The notes below the pieces were generated by a model. The model ran no database searches and was not told the origin of the DNA. It saw nothing but the letters and a program-made list of their open reading frames with translations. DNA of 64,000 nucleotides, from assembly GCA_001303025.1 (NCBI GenBank), contig LJNK01000014.1:2998-66997 (forward strand), given 5' to 3'. Below are positions 57,356 through 64,000 of the stretch, one piece after another (positions within the stretch are counted from its first letter, which is position 1; each line of letters opens with the position of its first letter). Source of the DNA: Deltaproteobacteria bacterium SG8_13. Its GTDB lineage: Bacteria > Desulfobacterota > Desulfobacteria > Desulfobacterales > SG8-13. The position numbers and the translations under genes were made by a program.

Positions 57356-59557
57356 ATGAAAAAGCGTATTGCCATCGTTCTAAGTGTCTGTATTTTGCTT
57401 TTTATTGCCGGCGGCATTTACATCGTCGTCACCATCAGTTCCAGCACCGCTAAGCTCGACCACCTCATTATGCTCCACCAGGTCGAAATCCTGAGAGAGC
57501 ATCTCCTGTTGCAGATTCGCAAGGTCCAATCCGATCTGATGCTCAAAGACAGTGCCTTTGCCAGCAGCGACGAAACGATTGCGGCCAACGTGCGCGCCAT
57601 GCAGATGATATCCACCACCTGCAAGGACTGTCACCACCGGCAGTCCGTGCAGAAACGGCTCGATGTGCTGATCAACGATGTCGCCGACTACAAGATGTCT
57701 CAACAGATGTTCATGGATTCCCGGAATCCGTCGAAACGCTCAGAACTTCAATCCGTAGCCTTCCGTAAAACCGAAAAACTGGAATCGATGGTCAACGGCA
57801 TGATCCACATTGCCAACAGCAAGCTCGCCGACAGCACCCAGGCATCGCTTGCCGATATCGCGCGATCAAAGACCATCCTGTACGTGCTGGTCGCCATCAC
57901 CCCGCTGATTGCCGGCGGGCTGGGTTTTTTTTTCATACGCGATCTGGCCAAACCGGTCGGTGTTCTGTTGAATGCCACCCGCCGGCTGAAAAGCGGTGAT
58001 CTGGACTATCGGGTAGAGGGGCTTTCCAAAGAGTTCGCTGAAGTGGCTACATCCTTTAACCAGATGTCCGAAGCACTGAAGCAACAATTGCTGCAGCTGC
58101 AGGAGAGCGAAAAGCGCTACCGGATGCTGTTCGAAAGTGCCGGGGATGCGATCTTCATCCTCGAGGCAGAAGGTGCGAATCGGGGCAGGATCGTGGCTGC
58201 CAACCGGGCTGCCGCAACCATGCACGGGTACACCGTGGAAGAAATGCTGAAGATGTCGATTCAGGACCTGGATGCCCCTGCCGCTGCCGAACAGGCCTCT
58301 AGAAGAATTCAGCAGATCCTTTCCGGAAAATGGATTACGGCCGAGATCGAACACATCCGACGGGACGGATCGGTTTTTCCGGTTGAAATCAGTGCGGGCC
58401 TGCTGGAACTGGAAGGCCGGAAGTATGTCCTGGCTTTTGACCGAGACATCACCGAGCGCAAGCAGATGGAGGACATGCTCCGACAGACCAAGCAGGAATG
58501 GGAAGACACCTTTGACACCATTACCGACATGATCTCCATCCACGATCGAGAATTTAACATCGTCAGGGCCAACAAGGCCGCCCAAGAGATTCTCGGCTTG
58601 CCCCTGCTGGACCACACCCGGGCCAAGTGCTACGAATACTATCACGGTAAAAACGCTCCGCCGGAGGGCTGTATCAGCTGCGAGTGTTTCAGAACCGGAG
58701 AGCCGGCCTCCTTCGAGGTGTTCGAGCCGCATCTGGACCGGCTGTTCGAGGTCCGGGCCATGCCGCGTTTCGACTCCGACCGCCGCCTGACTGCCGTGAT
58801 CCATGTGCTGCGGGACATCACCGAACGCAAACGGATCGAAGAGACGCTCCAGCGGGCCGAACAGATGAAGCTGGTCGGCGAGTGGGCCACTGCCCTGGCC
58901 CATGAAATCAAAAATCCGCTGGCCGGCATCAAGGTGTCGGTGGAAGTGCTGTCCGAGGAGCTGGAGCTGAAGGAAGACAAACAAGTGGTGAAACGGGCGG
59001 TGGAAGAAATCAAGCGAATCGAGAATCTGCTCAAGAGCCTGCTCAACTTTGCCAAACCGCCCAAACCACAGTTGAGCCAGACCGATCTAAACGACCTGCT
59101 GGACAAAACCGCGGCCTTTTCCCTAAAACAGCCGACCGTGTCAAAAAATACAGAGGGTATCATCCACATCGTCAAGGAATTCACGCCCGGCTTGCCCCAC
59201 ATTCTAGCGGACCCGATGCAGCTGCAGCAAATCTTTCTCAACCTGCTGCTTAACAGCATCGAGGCCATGCCCGACGGCGGCACCTTGCTGCTAAAAACCG
59301 ATCTCGATCCGGCCGCCAAGGCCGCCCGGATCGAGATCGCCGACACCGGCAAGGGGATCGAACTGCAGGTGCAGGAGAAGATTTTCGAACCGTTCTTCAC
59401 CACCAAAAAGAAAGGCAGCGGACTGGGGCTGGCGGTTACCAAGCGCTTGATCGAACAGCACAGGGGCGACATTCACCTGACCAGCGAACCCGGCAAGGGG
59501 ACGGTGTTTACCATCACCTTTCCCATTGAAGTCGACAGGGAGGAACAGGCCGCATGA
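57356..59557 (+). CDS. Sensor histidine kinase: periplasmic CXXCH domain, HAMP, two PAS, HisKA, HATPase
   Basis: Two TM segments flank CKDCH; HAMP (PVGVLLNATRRLKSGDL); PAS/PAC; H-box AHEIKNPL; N/G1/F/G2 boxes. Confidence 0.93.
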   Translation: MKKRIAIVLSVCILLFIAGGIYIVVTISSSTAKLDHLIMLHQVEILREHLLLQIRKVQSDLMLKDSAFASSDETIAANVRAMQMISTTCKDCHHRQSVQKRLDVLINDVADYKMSQQMFMDSRNPSKRSELQSVAFRKTEKLESMVNGMIHIANSKLADSTQASLADIARSKTILYVLVAITPLIAGGLGFFFIRDLAKPVGVLLNATRRLKSGDLDYRVEGLSKEFAEVATSFNQMSEALKQQLLQLQESEKRYRMLFESAGDAIFILEAEGANRGRIVAANRAAATMHGYTVEEMLKMSIQDLDAPAAAEQASRRIQQILSGKWITAEIEHIRRDGSVFPVEISAGLLELEGRKYVLAFDRDITERKQMEDMLRQTKQEWEDTFDTITDMISIHDREFNIVRANKAAQEILGLPLLDHTRAKCYEYYHGKNAPPEGCISCECFRTGEPASFEVFEPHLDRLFEVRAMPRFDSDRRLTAVIHVLRDITERKRIEETLQRAEQMKLVGEWATALAHEIKNPLAGIKVSVEVLSEELELKEDKQVVKRAVEEIKRIENLLKSLLNFAKPPKPQLSQTDLNDLLDKTAAFSLKQPTVSKNTEGIIHIVKEFTPGLPHILADPMQLQQIFLNLLLNSIEAMPDGGTLLLKTDLDPAAKAARIEIADTGKGIELQVQEKIFEPFFTTKKKGSGLGLAVTKRLIEQHRGDIHLTSEPGKGTVFTITFPIEVDREEQAA

Positions 59558-60948
59558 AAGAGATGCGCAAGGTGTTCTTGCTCGACGACGACGACCTGAT
59601 TATCTCCATGCTCAGCAGGGCCTTGCAAAAGGCCGGTTTCGAGGTTCAGACGGAAACCGAATCCGGCGGTGCATTGCAGAAAATCAGATCCTTCAGCCCG
59701 GATGTCGTTATGCTCGACATCAAGATGCCGAAACCCGATGGAATGGACATCTTACGGGAAATTCAGGATCTACGGATCGATACCCAGGTCGTGATGCTGA
59801 CCTCCGACGACACCGCCGAAACAGCGGTCAAGGCGATGAAACTCGGTGCGGCCGATTACCTCACCAAGCCGTTTCACACCGATGAGGTCAAGATCGTCAT
59901 CAACAACGTGATCGAAAAAGAGCGCCTGAAGCAGGAGGTGCGCTTTCTGCGCAAGGCCTACTCCGATTTTGTCGAAAAGGACATCATCGGCAGCTCCGGA
60001 GCCATTGAGAGCCTGTTGGAGAAGGTGGATCGCATCGCCAAGGCCCGGGTCAACAACATCCTGATTACCGGGGAGAGCGGAACGGGCAAGGAAGTCGTGG
60101 CCCGGCACATTCACAACCTGATGTTCGAGCAGAGCGGCAGCGGGCATGCGCCGTTTATCTCCGTCAACTGTGCAGCAATGCCCGAATCACTGTTGGAAAG
60201 TGAGTTGTTCGGTTACATCAAGGGCTCTTTTACCGATGCGAAGTCCGACAAGAAAGGCCTGTTCGAACTGGCCTCCGGCGGTTCGATCCTGCTGGACGAG
60301 ATCGGTGAGATGAAAATGGATTTGCAGAGCAAACTGCTGCGGGTGCTGGAAGATCGAACCATCCGAAGAATCGGTGGAAAAAGCGAGATGCCCATCGATG
60401 CCACGGTGATTGCCACCACCAACAAAAACCTTTCCGATGCGGTGAGCAATGGAGAGTTTCGTAAAGACCTGTTTTTCCGCCTCAGCACGTTTTACCTGCA
60501 TATCGTCCCCCTGCGGGAGCGAAGGGAGGACATTGCGCCGCTGGCCGATCACTTCCTGAAAATTTTTACGACCAAATACAACAACCGTTGTATTAAGGGC
60601 TTTACCCCGGAGGCCGGGCGGGTGCTCCGGTCCGCCAGCTGGCCCGGGAATGTGCGCGAGTTGAAAAACCTGATCGAACGGATCGTTGTGCTGGAAAACA
60701 CGGAAATGATCGGTCCCGAACACATACCCGGCTGGATCACCGGTGGGACCATGTACAACGGACCCAAACCCAGCAACGGGTTTCAGCTTCCGGATTCGGG
60801 CATCGACTTGGAAAACCTGGAGAAAAACCTGATTCAGCAGGCCCTGAAAAAGGCGGAAAACAACAAGGCCCTTGCCGCCAAGCTGCTGAACATCAGCTAC
60901 GACAGCCTTCGCTACCAGGTAAAAAAATTCGGCCTGGAAGGCGGTTAA
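59554..60948 (+). CDS. sigma54-dependent response regulator (NtrC family)
   Basis: Receiver (LLDDDD, MLDIKMP, KPF); AAA+ (GESGTGKE, ESELFG-GSFTDA, LDEIGE, WPGNVREL); Fis-type HTH. Confidence 0.95.
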   Translation: MKEMRKVFLLDDDDLIISMLSRALQKAGFEVQTETESGGALQKIRSFSPDVVMLDIKMPKPDGMDILREIQDLRIDTQVVMLTSDDTAETAVKAMKLGAADYLTKPFHTDEVKIVINNVIEKERLKQEVRFLRKAYSDFVEKDIIGSSGAIESLLEKVDRIAKARVNNILITGESGTGKEVVARHIHNLMFEQSGSGHAPFISVNCAAMPESLLESELFGYIKGSFTDAKSDKKGLFELASGGSILLDEIGEMKMDLQSKLLRVLEDRTIRRIGGKSEMPIDATVIATTNKNLSDAVSNGEFRKDLFFRLSTFYLHIVPLRERREDIAPLADHFLKIFTTKYNNRCIKGFTPEAGRVLRSASWPGNVRELKNLIERIVVLENTEMIGPEHIPGWITGGTMYNGPKPSNGFQLPDSGIDLENLEKNLIQQALKKAENNKALAAKLLNISYDSLRYQVKKFGLEGG

Positions 60949-60984
60949 GCCGGGTTCACTTTACGGAAGGGATACTCCCCAACT

Positions 60985-62118
60985 TTATCGTTCCAGGGTG
61001 GCCACCGCCCCGTTTACCATGGCCGCGGCCAGGCCATGGGCCGTGCGGATGGTCCCCCAGTCGAAAACAACCACCCCGTCGTCTCCGTCCCGGCAACTGC
61101 TGGCAGCCCATGCGGACTCTCGGGTCTGATGCTCGATAAGCGATGCCGAGAAACAGACTTTGGCCGGTCCTCCGGCTCCCTGGTAATCCTCGTAGTCGAA
61201 TACCCGCCCTGAGAGAATCAGATCGACGTTCATACGGCTGAACAATGCGGTGGCATCGGCCAGCGACAGACCGTCTTGCATCACGATTCGGAAATTCAGC
61301 AGTGTCTGCCGCACCTGGCCCGGTTCCACGGGCTGCATATTGGCAAGCCCCTTCAGCGCGGCCGTGAAATGGTGCGTCATCATCTGCCCGGCGTGCCTGC
61401 GAGTGCTCAGATTCAAAAAGGGCAGCACCACAACGCTGTAAGTTCTGTTCGGCAGCAGCAGACGGCTGTTGAACACGATTTGGGGTTCGAAGGTACGCCG
61501 GGTTTCCGCCGCTGTCGCATGTTGACCGGACAGATGGCCCACCAGTGATGTCGTCAGTTGAAATATCGCGCGGCGCAGCAGTATGTCGGGGTCTTCCACC
61601 AGGGAGAGTTCCAGGAAACCGGGTGCATCGTCACCGGCTGCACCCACCCCGTCCATCCACAGAATCCGCGGCCGGTCTCCGGCGGTCACCAGCCTTGCAG
61701 AAAGGGCAATTTTTGGAGGGGGCTGGCCATTGTAATATTCCAGTGCGGTGAACAGGACCGCATCTGCACCGATCTCCTCTTTGAGCAGCCGGGCCGTTTC
61801 GTTGTCCATTCCGCCGGTATAGCGAAGGCGGTGCCGGACGATAAAGCCCTCGATTTGATCATCTGGAACGACGCTCACCGCGCTTTTTTCCAGGTGAAAT
61901 ACGATTTCGCTGCGGATGCCGATCAGCGGAGCCGCGATACCGCTCAGATTGTCGATGGGCATGACGGCAATGACCGGCGAATCCTGAACTTTCTCAACGG
62001 TGGTCGCAGGGCCGCTGGTCGAACACCCGGCTATGCAGAGAAGCAGGCAGCATCCCGCCAGCGTGATTTTAGTAAAGGAGTTTGTTGATGAGATCATTGA
62101 CTGCTGCCTGGGTGACAT
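60985..62118 (-). CDS. Lipoprotein with two tandem PelC/CsgG-like (GNA1162/DUF799-like) domains
   Basis: Lipobox IAG-C; AVMPIDNLS...ILWMD and VVLPFLNLS...SAWAA repeats. Confidence 0.7.
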   Translation of the reverse strand: MSPRQQSMISSTNSFTKITLAGCCLLLCIAGCSTSGPATTVEKVQDSPVIAVMPIDNLSGIAAPLIGIRSEIVFHLEKSAVSVVPDDQIEGFIVRHRLRYTGGMDNETARLLKEEIGADAVLFTALEYYNGQPPPKIALSARLVTAGDRPRILWMDGVGAAGDDAPGFLELSLVEDPDILLRRAIFQLTTSLVGHLSGQHATAAETRRTFEPQIVFNSRLLLPNRTYSVVVLPFLNLSTRRHAGQMMTHHFTAALKGLANMQPVEPGQVRQTLLNFRIVMQDGLSLADATALFSRMNVDLILSGRVFDYEDYQGAGGPAKVCFSASLIEHQTRESAWAASSCRDGDDGVVVFDWGTIRTAHGLAAAMVNGAVATLER

Positions 62119-62659
62119 CGTTCATGGGCCTCCCGCCGCCTCCGAGCAGACGGTCTGCCATAGAGATCCCACCGCGCGTGGCGGATGCCGTCCACACCAC
62201 CCGCTGGGTGCTGGATTCAAACATCTGCAATCCAACGGAAACGACGTTGGCGGACGTGGCCCCGGAACGGACTTCGCCGTATTCTCGAACGACACCGGTA
62301 ATCAGGGCGTCGGCCTGGACGATGGCGGCGATTTTGGTGACGTCGTCCTTCGAGGGCGATGACGGATTGGTAATGCCGGCCCTGGCGATGCCCCGGGCAA
62401 CCTCTCCGGGGGGCACCACGTACAATGCGCCGGTTGACATGAGGCTGTTGATAAAGGTGTCGCGCACGCGGTCGGCGGCCTGTTGATCCCGCGAAAGATT
62501 GGCAAGCGGCATCACGGCAATGCTGCGCAGGGCCGAAAAATCGATGTCGGGGTCGTGAAAGCTCTCGGGTACGGACTTCGCGCCGCAGCCCGTCAGCAGC
62601 AAAGCCGCTGCCATCCAAATACAGCATATCCATCGCATGAGGGGAGACGTTGGGTTCAT
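62069..62659 (-). CDS. PelC/GNA1162-like lipoprotein
   Basis: Lipobox LTG-C; AVMPLANLS, LITGVVREY, RVVWTAS; start reassigned to ATG 62659. Confidence 0.75.
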   Translation of the reverse strand: MNPTSPLMRWICCIWMAAALLLTGCGAKSVPESFHDPDIDFSALRSIAVMPLANLSRDQQAADRVRDTFINSLMSTGALYVVPPGEVARGIARAGITNPSSPSKDDVTKIAAIVQADALITGVVREYGEVRSGATSANVVSVGLQMFESSTQRVVWTASATRGGISMADRLLGGGGRPMNDVTQAAVNDLINKLLY

Positions 62660-62787
62660 CCGAAGTTCCTTTACGCTGTCAGCGCCGGTCATCCCGGAGC
62701 AGGTTTGTTTTCCGGTCTTCCTATTTTTATCCCAATCCGCACCCGGGGTCAACACCAACGGAAACCTCATACGGCAGGTTTCGCCGT

Positions 62788-64000
62788 TCACCAGGTAAAG
62801 ATCAGTTCCGAGCGAAAGGTGCGCGAGTCAATATTCTGCAGCGGATCCTCCGAGTCTGTCAATGTGTACTGGGACTCCAACAGCAGATGGCGACTGATGT
62901 TCCAGGCCAGAAACGGTCCATAGTTGCGGTCCCGGCGACCTTCCTCCAGCCGCAGAATTTCAGCGTACGTGAGAGAAAACTGGATCGCACCGTCCGGAAA
63001 CGGCGACCAGCTTACCGAGTAGTTCTGCACGGTGGTGGTTTCATCATCCCGATCCCGGATCGTGACCTTGCCGAACAAAGACAGGGCCGGGTAGGGAGTG
63101 AAGAACATCTGGAGGTTGTAGGCGTTGTCGGTGTAATCTCCTCCCTGGTCTTCGAGGTTTTCCACCAGCCGCAGCGTCGCATCCAGGTTGAATGTAAGGG
63201 TTCGGTGCGGTACCAGGTTGGTTCCGAGTCGGACGGTCGCCGTGTCCTGCCGGCCGATCGCCAAAAGGTCTTCCCGGCTGTAGCCGAGATCCAGATATGC
63301 GCTCCAGTCGCGGTACAAAATGGCGTTGCTGCGCAAAAAAACCGAATCGGTGGTGCCGGTGCCTTCGTCGAGTTCCGTGCGTGTGCCGCTGAAGGTCAGG
63401 ATTTGATTGAAAGTTCTCAGATAGTCGGCCCGCAATGATAAACCGTAGGTGTAGTCGATTACCGTATCATCGTTTACCGTTGTGTCCGTGCGCAGCAGGC
63501 GGGCGTTGGTGGAAAAAACCGGGTTGAAGATGTGGCGCAAAAACAGCCCGTTGGCGAGCTCGGACCGCTCGTCGGTAACGGCCGAAAAGGCAAATTCCTG
63601 TTTCCGGGTCCGCCAGTTGAGATCGTACCCGGTCGACGTTCGCGGCGAGATGCGACCGGTGAGGGTGAGGTTGACATTATGATCGACCGTTTCCTGCTCG
63701 GCGGTGACGGGCAGCCCCGATAGGGTCAGGAAGGGCTCCATTTCGGTGACGAAGATGTTGGGAAAGCTGGCTGCGCCGGGAACGAGCGGCGATAGAGGGC
63801 GTACAACCACCTTGAGGTAGCGGGTCGTCACCGTCGGGAAGGTGATGTCGAATCGGAATTCGAAGGTGTCGAACAGGGCCGGGAACACGGTGGCCACCTG
63901 GGTCCAGGTGCTGGTGTCGAGATTGTCGGGACTGGTGTACACCGCCCAGGAGAACGAATTGGACACTGCGGCGGTCAGTCTTTGATCGACCCACACCCGT
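62788..64000 (-). CDS. Outer-membrane beta-barrel protein with an inserted discoidin-like domain (5'-truncated)
   Basis: About 300 aa of alternating amphipathic beta-strands ending in RSELIFTW (aromatic C-terminus), preceded by a ...TRYLKVVV... segment; frame open at the window edge. Confidence 0.72.
   Translation of the reverse strand, partial: RVWVDQRLTAAVSNSFSWAVYTSPDNLDTSTWTQVATVFPALFDTFEFRFDITFPTVTTRYLKVVVRPLSPLVPGAASFPNIFVTEMEPFLTLSGLPVTAEQETVDHNVNLTLTGRISPRTSTGYDLNWRTRKQEFAFSAVTDERSELANGLFLRHIFNPVFSTNARLLRTDTTVNDDTVIDYTYGLSLRADYLRTFNQILTFSGTRTELDEGTGTTDSVFLRSNAILYRDWSAYLDLGYSREDLLAIGRQDTATVRLGTNLVPHRTLTFNLDATLRLVENLEDQGGDYTDNAYNLQMFFTPYPALSLFGKVTIRDRDDETTTVQNYSVSWSPFPDGAIQFSLTYAEILRLEEGRRDRNYGPFLAWNISRHLLLESQYTLTDSEDPLQNIDSRTFRSELIFTW

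Noticed and set aside
60200-60245. Degenerate GAFTGA loop (GSFTDA) implying a sigma54-independent regulator
   Set aside because: The critical F-T pair is retained, and two good sigma54 promoters are nearby
1-64000. CRISPR array, transposase, integrase, rRNA or prophage genes
   Set aside because: No regularly spaced repeats or corresponding protein motifs seen in the window

Overview
64-kb bacterial chromosomal window. The host is probably a Desulfobacterota (Desulfobacterales-like) anaerobe, inferred from gene content, a selenocysteine-recoded CCG-domain protein and many multiheme cytochromes. From left to right: (1) the right end of a probable tRNA-integrated island (DUF3604 gene, arm-type repeats, tRNA 3' remnant); (2) chrA, an MFS gene and a decayed chrB; (3) about 30 kb of catabolic genes, with three TRAP transporters, IclR and FadR regulators, a UGA-recoded HdrD/DsrK-like Fe-S protein with a SECIS-like hairpin, and a glyoxylate hub (aminotransferase, fused GlcD-GlcE, GlcF, malate synthase, glyoxylate reductase); (4) an SGNH-TPR gene beside a carbamoyltransferase/SxtJ/SxtK-like trio; (5) tRNA-Glu(CUC); (6) a 22-kb putative extracellular electron transfer locus. 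The last locus has 8 c-type cytochromes including 18- and 20-heme paralogs, and 70 canonical CXXCH motifs counted by hand when the kinase motif is included. It also has two cytochrome b/c quinone-interacting modules, two NHL proteins, divergent sigma54 promoters, a histidine kinase with its own periplasmic CXXCH, an NtrC-type activator, two PelC/CsgG-like lipoproteins and a truncated outer-membrane beta-barrel. All family assignments come from motif recognition by eye; no database search was run.
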